Shown here: one piece after another, positions 19,779 to 30,076 of the stretch
How positions within the stretch are numbered: position 1 is the first letter of the stretch
How the letters are laid out: each line of letters opens with the position of its first letter
The notes under the pieces: generated by a model
Told to the model about the DNA's origin: nothing
What the model saw: the letters and a program-made list of their open reading frames with translations, nothing else
Databases searched by the model: none
Position numbers and translations under genes: made by a program
Source: an uncultured Aureispira sp.
Lineage (GTDB): Bacteria; Bacteroidota; Bacteroidia; Chitinophagales; Saprospiraceae
Reading direction: 5' to 3'
Assembly: GCA_905480485.1 (NCBI GenBank)
Contig: CAJQQM010000061.1
Coordinates: 3,704-67,703 of the forward strand
DNA: 64,000 bases

Positions 19779-19858
19779 CGATTCAAATTTAGGTAGATTG
19801 TAACAATAGCATCCTAATGAAAGGAAAGATTTAGATAGCTGTATTAGGTGTACGTGAT

Positions 19859-19866
19859 CAAAGTTA
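19859..19866 (-). promoter_or_regulatory. Putative -7 element (TAACTTTG) for rpoN
   Basis: TAnnTTTG match about 80 nt upstream of the rpoN start. Confidence 0.45.
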
Positions 19867-20028
19867 GAAAAGTTGCCAACTTTAATAATAAATATACATA
19901 TTTAATTTGATAAATATGTAGAATTGGTAGGGTTTTTGATAAGCAGCGTTATTTCAAGCAAATGCTTCTCCTTTTTAATCAGCCACTTAGTACGGTTTTT
20001 AATCAAAGAATCAATCAGCGAAAGACCA

Positions 20029-20811
20029 CTATTCTGATAAGTTGATAAAATCTATTTGTACAGCCTCGTCCATATCAAGCCCAAAAAGCGTTGCAGCTTT
20101 ATCAAGGTTTACCGCTATCTCGAGTAATCCTGCCGCGTTGAATAGACACAATACCTCACCTGCCGGAACTTCTGCGTAGTTTTGGCTAATGGTTGAAATA
20201 GGGTCATAACGCTTGAAATATAATTCAAAGGGTCTCCCTTGCCCAATGCGTTCAAACACTTCGCGATCGATGTTTAAAATTACATTCTTGAATTTATCAA
20301 TATGAATAACTGAACCTCTTATTTGATCTTTGCCGGTAATTGGCCTAAGAAAATGTCGCTGCAAAACAGTACTGATTTGCTGACCTATTCCCTCAAGCGT
20401 TTGTTGCTTTAGAATGTAAGCAACAGCATTTGCATAAACTGTTTTAACTGCTGTTGCCGTAGCTTCGGTTAATTGCCCAATCTCATAGATATTATTTAGA
20501 GGTTCTTCAAACATCAATGAAAATATGCCATTGTCAGGCCCGATAAAGTAGTGATTGTTGTGATAAACAGCTAAGTAGCGGGGATTTTTTTTATAGAAGT
20601 TGTGTACTGAAATTAGGTGAATAGTATGTTTAGGGAAACTCTGATAGGCATTTTTAAGGATGAAAGATGCCTGAACAATATTAAAATTATCAATTTCGTG
20701 GCTGATATCCGCAAATAAAACAGCTATCCCTTTTGATAAAATACTACCTTTGAGTACAGCAGCATAATAATCTTGACGTCCAAAATCAGTAGTGAGGGTA
20801 ACAACGTTCAT
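20029..20811 (-). CDS. DUF62 / SAM hydroxide adenosyltransferase (chlorinase/fluorinase-fold) family protein
   Basis: TLTTDFG..D.Y, DISH.I, FIGPDNG, HIDKFKN, LEIAVN motifs. Confidence 0.85.
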   Translation of the reverse strand: MNVVTLTTDFGRQDYYAAVLKGSILSKGIAVLFADISHEIDNFNIVQASFILKNAYQSFPKHTIHLISVHNFYKKNPRYLAVYHNNHYFIGPDNGIFSLMFEEPLNNIYEIGQLTEATATAVKTVYANAVAYILKQQTLEGIGQQISTVLQRHFLRPITGKDQIRGSVIHIDKFKNVILNIDREVFERIGQGRPFELYFKRYDPISTISQNYAEVPAGEVLCLFNAAGLLEIAVNLDKAATLFGLDMDEAVQIDFINLSE

Positions 20812-20908
20812 GGTACGTGGATAAGTTTAGGTAGAACAGATAGCTAAGCTTGTTAATATTAATTAATTTTCTGGATAATTCCTGCTTTCTCCATAAAAAA
20901 TCGAGATT

Positions 20909-21586
20909 TTATTCCTCGAGTAAATCAGGTCTTCGTTGCTGTGTTCTCAACAGAGACTGTTCGTCTCGCCAGTCTTCTATTTTCTTTTGATGACCACTCA
21001 ACAAAACTTCGGGTATTTTATGGCCTTGATAGTCAGCGGGTCTAGTGTAGATAGGAGGGGCGAGTAAATTGTCTTGAAAGGAATCGAATAGGGCAGATGA
21101 TTCGTTGTTCAACACTCCGGGCAATAACCTTCCTAAAGCATCGACCAAAACTGCTGCAGCCAATTCACCGCCCGATAGTACATAATCTCCGATTGAAATC
21201 TCGCGCGTTATGTAAATTTCTCGAATACGTTCATCAATCCCTTTATAATGTCCACAAAGAATAATTATATTTTTTTTGAGGGATAAATGATTACAAATTC
21301 CTTGGTTCAGTCGTTCACCGTCAGGGGTCATATAAATGATATCGTCGTAGGGCCTTTCAGATTTTAGTTGTTCAATGATTGCAGCAATAGGTTCTATCAT
21401 CATAACCATTCCAGCACCTCCTCCAAATTGATAATCATCGATTTGATGGTGTTTGCCAATTCCATATTGACGTAGGTCGTGCACTTGCACCTCAAATAAT
21501 TGTTTTTGTTGGGCCCTTTTTAAAATAGAATGGGTAAAAGGGCTATCTAAAAGCTGTGGTACAGCCGAAATGATATCAATTCTCAT
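20909..21586 (-). CDS. trmD: tRNA (guanine-N1)-methyltransferase
   Basis: [39 protein letters not shown]. Confidence 0.97.
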   Translation of the reverse strand: MRIDIISAVPQLLDSPFTHSILKRAQQKQLFEVQVHDLRQYGIGKHHQIDDYQFGGGAGMVMMIEPIAAIIEQLKSERPYDDIIYMTPDGERLNQGICNHLSLKKNIIILCGHYKGIDERIREIYITREISIGDYVLSGGELAAAVLVDALGRLLPGVLNNESSALFDSFQDNLLAPPIYTRPADYQGHKIPEVLLSGHQKKIEDWRDEQSLLRTQQRRPDLLEE

Positions 21587-21605
21587 AATCTGCTAAATTT
21601 GATTC

Positions 21606-21613
21606 CAAAAGTA
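21606..21613 (-). promoter_or_regulatory. Putative -7 element (TACTTTTG) for trmD
   Basis: TAnnTTTG match 20 nt upstream of the ATG. Confidence 0.45.
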
Positions 21614-21911
21614 GCTAAAATTGCTTATTTATAAAATTATTTAATGCATAGTATCGTATTTTTAATCGATTCATCCTACCAATTTTTCTTTATATTGATG
21701 TTGCTAATACACTGTTTAGCTATGTGTTAATTGTTTTTGTGCAGGTAGATTATTAGCGGAATGCCTATTTTTTTTATGGTATAGATTTAAAATTGGCATG
21801 AAATTTTGAAAACTACATGTCTATATACTTTATTTTAAACTGATTTATAAAAAATAAGACGGCCTATGTATTATAATTAAAAATTAGCTAGTCTATTTCT
21901 TTCTTTTGTAT

Positions 21912-21919
21912 TACCTTTG
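21912..21919 (+). promoter_or_regulatory. Putative -7 element (TACCTTTG) for the PorE-like gene
   Basis: TAnnTTTG followed by CA, about 70 nt upstream of ATG 21992. Confidence 0.55.
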
Positions 21920-21991
21920 CATTTGATTATTTAGTCATCTAAATTATTGATTCCATTTATTTTAAATATCCCAATTTATAATCTTTAAATC

Positions 21992-24073
21992 ATGCGATAC
22001 AAGTTTCATTCAAAAATACTCACCGTTGCTATCTTGATGTTATGCGTTCAGGTTGTGTTTGCTCAAAAAAACAAAAAAACACCTGCAGTAGCAGAAAAAG
22101 CATACAAGGAAAAAGATTATTATACAGCAGCCGATGTTTATCGAGCGGTATTTTCTTCTTCAAAAAATAAATTAGGAGGTGCCAAATTAGCTATGCATCA
22201 GTATTATTACGCTGAATCTTCTAAAAAAACCTACAACTTTACGCGTGCTCAGGAGTATTACGGTAAGGTAGCTAAAGGAGAATTTGAAGAAATTTACCCC
22301 AAAGTAGATTATTGGTATGCTTACTGCCTTAAACACAACGGCAAATACGACGAGGCGATCAAGTATTTTAAAATGTTTTTGGATAAACCAGTAAAAGGAA
22401 TTGAGTTAACGCACCTCAAATTAGAAGCAGAACACGAGTTGAGAGGATGCTATTTGGCAATAGATTTAGTTGAGAATCCTGATTTATTGACCAAAATCAC
22501 GCACATGAGTGACGAAGTGAATACGAAATATTCTGATTTTTCTCCGCATTTGGTCGGCAACAAACTCTATTATTCTTCACTGCGTTTCGAAAGAGAACTA
22601 ACCCGTGGTAAAGTAGTGGGTAAGGGACAAACCTTAGTTGGCAAAATAATGATTGCTAATGACAGAGGAAATACGCGCTTTGAGCAATCCAAAAGCAAGA
22701 GTTTAAACATGAAATATGAGAATTCTGGTAATTCTAATTTAAATTCAGATGGCTCTATTTTGTACCATACAAAATGTACCTACGATTCACGTCGTGAAAA
22801 AATGATTTGTCAGATATATAGTGCTCAAAACTTAGGAGATGACGAATGGGCCGAAGCCATAAAGCTGCCCGATAATATTAACACCGAAGGAGTCACTTCG
22901 ACACATCCTGCGGTAGGTTATGATAGCATCAAACAGCAAGAAATTTTATATTTTGTATCAGAGCGTAAAGGGGGTATGGGTAAAATGGATATTTGGGCTA
23001 CAGCAATTAAAGGCGACAACCAATATGGAGAACCCTATAATTTAGGCGAATTAATCAACACTATCGGAGATGAAGTATCTCCTTATTTCCACAATACAAC
23101 ACAGTCACTTTATTACAGTTCTGATCATCACCCTGGATTAGGTGGTTTTGATGTTTTTCATTGTGAGCGTATCGCGGATGGTTTTGGAGAGTCGATCAAC
23201 ATAGGAATCCCCTTGAATAGTGCAGCCAATGATTTATATTTTATCATAAACTCAGACGATTCAACGGGCTTTTTTGCGTCCAATCGTCCTGGCTCTCAAA
23301 TATTAACAGGGGAGTCTTGTTGTAACGATATTTATGCCTTAAAGTTGCCTGAATTTCCTCCGGTCAAAATCAAAGAAGGCCCTGAACCTCCACTTGTTCT
23401 TTCTGATCCAACTCCCGAGCCGGAACCAACTCCCGAGCCGGAACCAAGCCCTGAACCTGAACCCGTGGTAGAGATTGCAGAAATTCCCGAGGCTCTTCAG
23501 GTTACACTAGACGAGCTGAACAAACTTTTACCCCTGTCGCTGTATTTCCATAACAACGAACCACGAGATAATCAGACATCTTATTCATCTACTTATAACA
23601 AGTATATAGAGATGAAGTCGAAATACAAAAAAGAACATTTGCCACAATATAATCGTTCTATCCAAGATCAGATAGCTCAAAATATTGACGATTTCTTTGG
23701 GCTTAAGGTCCAGTCGAACTACGATAAAATGCATACCTTTTTCGACGAATTGATTATTGCCATGGAAAATGAATTTAAGTTAGCGATATCTATACAGGGT
23801 TATACTTCACCGAGGGCTTCTGCCGAGTACAATAAGGCTTTGGCACACCGTCGTATTTTGAGTGTCTCTAAAGATATGTTGGATTATAAAGATGGCGCTT
23901 TAAGACCGTTTCTAGAAGCAGGACAACTGATGATTGAAGAACTGCCTTTGGGAGAAGGAAAAGCTCCAATTGGAATTAGCGATGATATTGATGATCCGCG
24001 CAACTCGATTTATTCGGTGGAGGCTTCTAGTCAACGTAAAGTAAATTTCATCGTAGTTCATATGCAAGATTAA
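21992..24073 (+). CDS. PorE-like TPR + PD40/WD40 + OmpA-like peptidoglycan-binding protein
   Basis: Signal peptide, TPR helices, PD40 repeats (GGMGKMDIW, INTIGDEVSPY, HPGLGGFDVF), Pro/Glu linker, C-terminal GYTSPRAS..YN..LA.RR OmpA-like domain. Confidence 0.82.
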   Translation: MRYKFHSKILTVAILMLCVQVVFAQKNKKTPAVAEKAYKEKDYYTAADVYRAVFSSSKNKLGGAKLAMHQYYYAESSKKTYNFTRAQEYYGKVAKGEFEEIYPKVDYWYAYCLKHNGKYDEAIKYFKMFLDKPVKGIELTHLKLEAEHELRGCYLAIDLVENPDLLTKITHMSDEVNTKYSDFSPHLVGNKLYYSSLRFERELTRGKVVGKGQTLVGKIMIANDRGNTRFEQSKSKSLNMKYENSGNSNLNSDGSILYHTKCTYDSRREKMICQIYSAQNLGDDEWAEAIKLPDNINTEGVTSTHPAVGYDSIKQQEILYFVSERKGGMGKMDIWATAIKGDNQYGEPYNLGELINTIGDEVSPYFHNTTQSLYYSSDHHPGLGGFDVFHCERIADGFGESINIGIPLNSAANDLYFIINSDDSTGFFASNRPGSQILTGESCCNDIYALKLPEFPPVKIKEGPEPPLVLSDPTPEPEPTPEPEPSPEPEPVVEIAEIPEALQVTLDELNKLLPLSLYFHNNEPRDNQTSYSSTYNKYIEMKSKYKKEHLPQYNRSIQDQIAQNIDDFFGLKVQSNYDKMHTFFDELIIAMENEFKLAISIQGYTSPRASAEYNKALAHRRILSVSKDMLDYKDGALRPFLEAGQLMIEELPLGEGKAPIGISDDIDDPRNSIYSVEASSQRKVNFIVVHMQD
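23408..23461 (+). repeat. 18-nt tandem repeat x3 encoding a PTPEPE linker
   Basis: ccaactcccgagccggaa twice exactly, then ccaagccctgaacctgaa. Confidence 0.9.
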
Positions 24074-24091
24074 TTTTAATCTATATTTGGG

Positions 24092-24127
24092 ACACAAAAG
24101 GGACGCTGTTTAGCGTCCCTTTTGTGT
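24092..24127 (+). terminator. Intrinsic terminator after the PorE-like gene
   Basis: ACACAAAAGGGACGCT-GTTT-AGCGTCCCTTTTGTGT perfect 16-bp stem. Confidence 0.85.
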
Positions 24128-24333
24128 TGTAATACAGCCGATACATGTTAAGTTTAGTTAGCGAACGTTAAAGCACATTTAATATATTGCGATTCCCTCA
24201 CTTAATTACTATATTTAGTATTATAGCAATTTTCAACTTATTCCACAATTAATACATTTTTTTCATTTTTTTTTTCGACTTTTACGAGGCATTTTACCTT
24301 TTTTGAATAACCTAACTAAATCAAGAACTTGTT

Positions 24334-25071
24334 TTGCTCGAACGCCTAGTTATCATACCTACCTATAACGAAAAGGAAAATATAGAGAATATTATTCGTG
24401 CGGTCATGACCCTTGATGTTGAATTTCATTTACTGATCGTAGATGATGGTTCTCCTGATGGTACAGCAGGTATTGTCAAGTCTTTACAAAACGAATTTTC
24501 CGGCCGGTTGTTTATTATCGAAAGGCAAGGTAAGCAAGGCTTAGGGACTGCCTACATCAAAGGTTTCAAGTGGGCGTTAGAATCCACTTACGAATATATT
24601 TTTGAAATGGATGCAGATTTCTCACACAATCCCAAAGATTTAGCCCGTCTTTATGTCGCCGCACAAAAAGAAGGAGTTGGAGTATCTGTAGGGTCTAGAT
24701 ATACCAAAGGAGGAACCGTTTTAAACTGGCCTTTCAATCGTTTACTGATGTCTAGGGGTGCTTCGATTTATGTCCGCATGATTACCTGGATGCCTGTTTC
24801 GGATGCCACAGCAGGCTTTGTTTGCTACAGGCGTTCCTTCCTAGAACAATTAGATTTTGATAAAATAGAATTTAAGGGCTATGCTTTTCAGATTGAAATG
24901 AAGTTTGCTGCCTGGCAACTGGGTTATAAGTTAGAAGAAGTGCCTATTACCTTTAAAGATAGAGAAGAAGGGGCCTCTAAAATGAGTACTGCAATTTTTA
25001 ATGAAGCGTTCTTTGGCGTATTAAAAATGAGATGGAAAGGATTTTCTAGTTCATACAATCAAATTTCTTGA
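24334..25071 (+). CDS. Polyprenol monophosphomannose synthase (GT2, DPM1-like)
   Basis: IIPTYNEKEN, VDDGSPDGT, EMDADFSH, GSRY, DATAGF, GYAFQIEMK, ITFKDREEGASKM. TTG start. Confidence 0.9.
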   Translation: MLERLVIIPTYNEKENIENIIRAVMTLDVEFHLLIVDDGSPDGTAGIVKSLQNEFSGRLFIIERQGKQGLGTAYIKGFKWALESTYEYIFEMDADFSHNPKDLARLYVAAQKEGVGVSVGSRYTKGGTVLNWPFNRLLMSRGASIYVRMITWMPVSDATAGFVCYRRSFLEQLDFDKIEFKGYAFQIEMKFAAWQLGYKLEEVPITFKDREEGASKMSTAIFNEAFFGVLKMRWKGFSSSYNQIS

Positions 25072-25090
25072 TTTCTTCAATTCAATATAA

Positions 25091-26743
25091 ATGAATTTAA
25101 TCGTATACATTTTTATTTTTTATTGGCTTCCATTCGTGGGAATGTATAAGTTTTTTGAGCAAGCTGATGCGCCAGGTTGGGCTGCCTTTGTTCCTTTTTA
25201 TAACGCCCATACTGCGATTAAAATTGTTGGTGCACCTAGCTATTGGTTGCTGCTTATGTTGCTGCCTTTACTGCACTTTTTTATAATTGCGGGTTTGTTG
25301 ATCGAGATGAATAAGTCTTTCAACAGGTTCTCTTTTCTTGATAACTTTTTGGCAATTGTCACACCACCTTTTTATTTTTTATTCATAGGTAACAAAGACC
25401 TAAGCTATGCACGCAAGTCTTTTGAAATACATCAAGATATCAAAAAAAGATATAAGACTGCGCTCAAAGAAAAAGACAAAACAGCCCTGCGTAAATTAGA
25501 TAAAGAAAACCCCTTTCCGAAAAAAACGGTGTTTAGAGAATGGTCTGAATCGATTATTTTTGCCGTTTTTGCCGCTCATTTTATCCGAATGTTTCTGATT
25601 GAAGCCTACACGATTCCCACACCGTCTATGGAGGGGTCCTTGTTGGTCGGAGATTTTTTGTTTGTTTCTAAAGTTCACTATGGTTCTAGAATGCCTATGA
25701 CCCCTTTGGCTTTTCCTTTGATTCACAATGTGCTTCCCTTTGGTGGTGGCGAATCGTACTTCAAATTTCCAACTTGGTCTTATAATCGCGCACCTAAAAT
25801 TCAAGATGTTGAACGATACGACCCTGTTGTATTTAATTATCCTGAAGATGATACAATTTTTGGCAATCCAAGTCTTCAATATCACGAACAGTACCACAAT
25901 AACCTAAAAGCTGTGCCGGCCTCTCAACGAGAACAACTTCGACAACGATTGCTAAAAACACAAGGGGCGTCTATGATTACGCGTCCGGTAGACAAGCGCA
26001 CTCATTACATAAAACGTTGTGTAGGTTTGCCAGGAGACACCATACAAGTTAAGGCGGGTAGGTTGTTTGTAAATGGAATAAACGAGGAAATAGACGGAGT
26101 ACAATATGTTTATCGTGTCTTTAGTAGTACGGCACTCGATTTCAACTACCTCAACCAAAACTTTGATTATGTATTCCACCACGAGAATGGAGTGCTTAAA
26201 AATAATTTGTTTTGTATGACGCCTTCTACGGCAGCAAAAATGAAAGCAACGATTCCTGCTATAGATAGCTTTAAGCGTGTGTTGCTTCCTAAAGAGACCC
26301 TTGATGGAGTTTCTATCCCGTTTCCTTACGATTATAACAATTATCGGTGGAACATCGATTGGTATGGTCCTTTAACCATTCCTGGTAGAGGGATAACCAT
26401 AGACTTAAATCTTAAGAACCTTGCTATCTATCGTCGGGTAATTGCTGCGTACGAAGGCAATAAATTAGAAGTAAAGTCGGGTAAAATATTTATTAACGAC
26501 AAAGAGGTAACGAGTTATACTCCTAAATTAAACTATTATTGGATGATGGGAGACAATAGAAATAATTCTGCTGATTCTAGGTCTTGGGGATTTGTACCCG
26601 AGGATCATGTAGTAGGAAAGCCCTTGTTTGTGTGGATGTCTCTTAAAAATGGACGTCTTTTCAGTGGCAAGGATGCTTACGGTCAACCTCAAGAGGGGGG
26701 GATTCGATGGGAACGTCTTTTTATGGGGGCCTCGGGCAAATAA
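25091..26743 (+). CDS. lepB: Signal peptidase I with N-terminal membrane extension
   Basis: IPTPSMEGSLLVGD (Ser), YIKRCVGLPGD (Lys), MGDNRNNSADSRSWGFVP. Confidence 0.93.
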   Translation: MNLIVYIFIFYWLPFVGMYKFFEQADAPGWAAFVPFYNAHTAIKIVGAPSYWLLLMLLPLLHFFIIAGLLIEMNKSFNRFSFLDNFLAIVTPPFYFLFIGNKDLSYARKSFEIHQDIKKRYKTALKEKDKTALRKLDKENPFPKKTVFREWSESIIFAVFAAHFIRMFLIEAYTIPTPSMEGSLLVGDFLFVSKVHYGSRMPMTPLAFPLIHNVLPFGGGESYFKFPTWSYNRAPKIQDVERYDPVVFNYPEDDTIFGNPSLQYHEQYHNNLKAVPASQREQLRQRLLKTQGASMITRPVDKRTHYIKRCVGLPGDTIQVKAGRLFVNGINEEIDGVQYVYRVFSSTALDFNYLNQNFDYVFHHENGVLKNNLFCMTPSTAAKMKATIPAIDSFKRVLLPKETLDGVSIPFPYDYNNYRWNIDWYGPLTIPGRGITIDLNLKNLAIYRRVIAAYEGNKLEVKSGKIFINDKEVTSYTPKLNYYWMMGDNRNNSADSRSWGFVPEDHVVGKPLFVWMSLKNGRLFSGKDAYGQPQEGGIRWERLFMGASGK

Positions 26744-26774
26744 TGAATATCTATTCTATCCTTGTATAATTACG

Positions 26775-26817
26775 AAGGCCAACTACCTGATGCTATTTCA
26801 GATTGTTGGCCTTTTTT
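26775..26817 (+). terminator. Probable terminator between lepB and cdaA
   Basis: AAGGCCAAC...GTTGGCCTT stem with inner CTGA/TCAG pairing, then a T run. Confidence 0.6.
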
Positions 26818-26904
26818 GATGCATCTATGCTTTATTTAATGCATATTTATGTAATGAATGGTCGTTGAATGATCATTTACAGCAATAGTTTAATACTGAC
26901 TACA

Positions 26905-27717
26905 ATGTTATTTTTAATTCAAATTGGATTCTTAACTATTTCCTTCTGGGATTTTCTTGATGTTCTCATCGTAGGATTCCTACTTTATCAAGTCTATAAG
27001 TTACTAAAAGGAAGTTTAGGCTTCAATATTTTTATTGGTTTGGTATTGGTATACAGTACTTGGCGAATTGTATCTATTTTAGAAATGCCTTTGTTGTCGT
27101 CTATTTTGGGGCAATTTGTGAGTGTTGGAATGATTGCTTTGCTGGTTTTGTTTCAGCCGGAAGTAAGGCGTTTTTTGCTCTTTGTCGGGCAAGGTTCTAT
27201 TCAGACAAGATTCAAGTTTTTAGAACGATTTTTTAATCAAAATCAAGCCGATGAATTGATTAGTATGAATCGTGAAAAAATAATTCGCGAGATATTGCGA
27301 GCGCTCGAAAATATGGCCAAAAATAAATTAGGTGGTCTAATGGTTATCAGTAAAAATACCAATTTTAAAGGAATGTACAGTTCGGGTGTTATGATCAACG
27401 GTACGGTCTCTACCCAATTAATTCTCGCTATATTTGCAAAAGAGTCGCCCTTGCATGATGGTGCTATCGTTATACATGATGATCGTATTATCGCCGCATC
27501 TTGTGTGTTGCCGGTTTCTAAACGCCCTGATATTCCTCAGCGTTTAGGCTTAAGACATCGGGCAGCTATAGGTTTGAGTGAAAATACAGCAGTGCTAAGT
27601 ATAGTTGTTTCAGAGGAAACAGGGCATGTAGCCTATGCAAGGTCAGGAAGGGTCTACGAAAATGTTCCCCTTGAACAAATACATAAAATATTAGAAAAAC
27701 TATTATTCATTGCCTAA
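26905..27717 (+). CDS. cdaA: Diadenylate cyclase (CdaA/DacA, TIGR00159-like)
   Basis: Three N-terminal TM helices, FQPEVRR, PLHDGA, GLRHRAAIGLSE, VVSEETG. Start set at ATG 26905. Confidence 0.9.
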   Translation: MLFLIQIGFLTISFWDFLDVLIVGFLLYQVYKLLKGSLGFNIFIGLVLVYSTWRIVSILEMPLLSSILGQFVSVGMIALLVLFQPEVRRFLLFVGQGSIQTRFKFLERFFNQNQADELISMNREKIIREILRALENMAKNKLGGLMVISKNTNFKGMYSSGVMINGTVSTQLILAIFAKESPLHDGAIVIHDDRIIAASCVLPVSKRPDIPQRLGLRHRAAIGLSENTAVLSIVVSEETGHVAYARSGRVYENVPLEQIHKILEKLLFIA

Positions 27718-27720
27718 GAA

Positions 27721-28920
27721 TTAATAATTTCGATAGTTTTTGGAGGCCTCAAAGATATGTTTCAGGATCGTTATTTCATGTTCGTCTAATTCTTTTTGAC
27801 GTCTTCTCACCACTCTTTTTGCTGTTTCTATTGCTTTATCTAATTGATACGTCGAAAATCGTTTGGCAGATCCCCAAGCAAAAGAAGGAATAAAAGAACG
27901 GGGGAAATCGCTTCCGTATATATTGGATGAAACCCCTACAACTGTCCCGGTATTAAACATGGTATTGATGCCTGTTTTCGAATGGTCGCCCATTATCATC
28001 CCACAAAACTGTAATCCAGTTGAAATAAATGCTTTTTTAGGATAATTCCATTGTCGTACCTCTGCGTAGTTATTTTTAAGATTAGAATTGTTGGTGTCAG
28101 CCCCTAAGTTACACCACTCTCCGATTACGGCATTGCCCAAAAAACCATCATGACCTTTGTTAGAATAGCCAGATAAAATAGAATTATTGACTTCACCGCC
28201 CACTTTTGAATAGGGACCAATTGTTGTTGCACCATAAATTTTACTACCCATCTTAAGGCTTGCTCCCTCGCATAATGCCAAACCGCCACGAATCATACAG
28301 CCTTCCATTACGGTGCTGTCTTTGTCTAGATAAATAGGGCCGTTCTCGGTATTAAAAATAGAACAATGGGCCACTGCGCCTTTTTCGAGAAAAATTCTAG
28401 AAGCATCACCAATCACCCTGTTGCTATCTGACAAGGGCGCAGAATCTCGTCCCTGACAACGTTGGTCAAAATCAGATTCTAAGGCTTCTTTGTTGTACCG
28501 AAACAAATCCCAACAATATTTCAAATAGATGATTGCTTGACTCAATTCGATGGTCTGAATAGCATTGGCTTTAGCCTGGAAAAATAGTTGGGCGGTATCG
28601 GCATCACATTTAAGTGCTATAGGGGTGCCCTCTTGAACCAATAGAGTATTGTAGGGAAGTGCTTCAGTTAGGTACTTATTGAGTGCTGTATTGGGTAGAA
28701 CACTTGCATTTATCAGTAAGTTATCGCTGTCTAAATGCAGCGGAAACTTTTTTGCCAAATAGGCAGCAGTATAATAACTAGTTTTTAGTTGAAGTGCCGA
28801 CTCCCATTTTTCTTTGATGGTACAAATACCGATTCTCAATGCAGCGATTGGTTTGGTATAGACTAAAGGTAGGAGGTTTTCTCTATTAAAATCGAAAAGA
28901 ACTAAATTGATCGTAGACAA
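27721..28920 (-). CDS. GlmU-like putative sugar nucleotidyltransferase with left-handed beta-helix
   Basis: LLPLVYTKPIAALRIGI, hexapeptide repeats, NKGHDGFLGNAVIGEWCNLGADTNNSNLKN. TTG start. Confidence 0.85.
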   Translation of the reverse strand: MSTINLVLFDFNRENLLPLVYTKPIAALRIGICTIKEKWESALQLKTSYYTAAYLAKKFPLHLDSDNLLINASVLPNTALNKYLTEALPYNTLLVQEGTPIALKCDADTAQLFFQAKANAIQTIELSQAIIYLKYCWDLFRYNKEALESDFDQRCQGRDSAPLSDSNRVIGDASRIFLEKGAVAHCSIFNTENGPIYLDKDSTVMEGCMIRGGLALCEGASLKMGSKIYGATTIGPYSKVGGEVNNSILSGYSNKGHDGFLGNAVIGEWCNLGADTNNSNLKNNYAEVRQWNYPKKAFISTGLQFCGMIMGDHSKTGINTMFNTGTVVGVSSNIYGSDFPRSFIPSFAWGSAKRFSTYQLDKAIETAKRVVRRRQKELDEHEITILKHIFEASKNYRNY

Positions 28921-28987
28921 ATGGAAATGTTTGCATTAAATAATACTACAATGTACAAAAAAAATACATTCCTTCCAGCTGATGGAA

Positions 28988-29707
28988 TTAAAAAACAAAT
29001 CGAATCATGACAATATAATGCAAAAAAGCACCGCCCATTACAAATAAATGCCAAAAGAGGTGGGCATAAGGTACTTTGCCTTCTGCTTTATAAAATAAGA
29101 TACCAATCATATAGATAAATCCACCAAGCAGGAGCAAATAAAAGCCTGTGGGCGGCATTTTATCTAAAATATCATGTCCTTGGATAATTCCTACCCAAGC
29201 CATCAGAACATACAACAATACGAAAAACCAGTCGAACTTTCCCGTAAATTTCATTTTCAAAAGAATTCCAATAAAAGCAGCTGAACTGAGCATCAAAAGT
29301 ATACCAAGACCATTTGTTCCCCCTACCGTAAGTAATAGGAGTGGGGTATAATTGCCTACAATAAATAGAAAAATGGCACAGTGGTCTAATATTCTAAGTT
29401 TCTTTTTACGAAGTAATTCCTCGGCATTGTGGTAGAGTGCCGAAGCACTAAACAATAAAACTAGGCTGCTTCCATAAACTATTGACGAAATTACCGCATA
29501 TTCTTGCGTATTATTTAATGCTAGATAGAAAGTATAGGCGAATCCTACAGCAGCAAGCAAAGCAGATATTCCATGCGACCAGGCATTTAACTGCTCCTCA
29601 AACCTGCTTCTTTCGGGTAAATCTGAAAAAAAATCAACAATGTCTAGTTCAAAATATTCTTGGGGCTTGTTATCCTCCCAATCCGAGTAGTTTTTAGGGT
29701 CATTCAT
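28988..29707 (-). CDS. Hemolysin III / PAQR family membrane protein
   Basis: EEQLNAWSHG, SALYH, LDHCAIFLFIVGNYTP, HLFWHLFV; seven TM segments. Confidence 0.92.
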   Translation of the reverse strand: MNDPKNYSDWEDNKPQEYFELDIVDFFSDLPERSRFEEQLNAWSHGISALLAAVGFAYTFYLALNNTQEYAVISSIVYGSSLVLLFSASALYHNAEELLRKKKLRILDHCAIFLFIVGNYTPLLLLTVGGTNGLGILLMLSSAAFIGILLKMKFTGKFDWFFVLLYVLMAWVGIIQGHDILDKMPPTGFYLLLLGGFIYMIGILFYKAEGKVPYAHLFWHLFVMGGAFLHYIVMIRFVF

Positions 29708-30076
29708 AGGCTAGTAAAGTTACAGGTAGATAAAATCGATTCATCAATCTTCATAAGATTAACAAAATGCATGTGGAGACGTTAAATATAACACAAAGAT
29801 TAAGCCTAAATAACAATTTTCTCAGAGCTTAGCTTTGTTTTTAATAAAACAGCTCAATATAATAAATAAAAAGCACAATTCCAAGACCAAAAAACTATAT
29901 TTTGCATAAGGCCATTTTGTTAAAATAAGACTTGTTTTTTAATTTGTTTTTTTGTAGTATTGCTTAATGATACATCGGTGTAAACTGGTGTTTTATATGT
30001 TGTGTTGTGATTAAAAGAGTAGTGATATCAAGTGCAACATTCAATCGATTCATCATAAAATATTAAAATTCATACA

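Noticed and set aside
20029-20811. Calling this gene a true fluorinase or chlorinase
   Set aside because: Only the shared fold motifs are visible; halogenase-specific features cannot be confirmed.
21794-21809. Possible sigma-54 promoter TGGCATG-AAATT-TTGA upstream of the PorE-like gene
   Set aside because: Spacing is one base longer than the strict -24/-12 consensus and the -12 C is missing; a sigma70-type -7 box is closer to the gene.
24266-24275. T10 tract upstream of the mannose synthase gene (similar A10/T10 tracts near 8227, 2267 and 58225) as phase-variation switches
   Set aside because: Homopolymers of this length are expected in AT-rich spacers; no evidence of a length-dependent promoter or frame effect.
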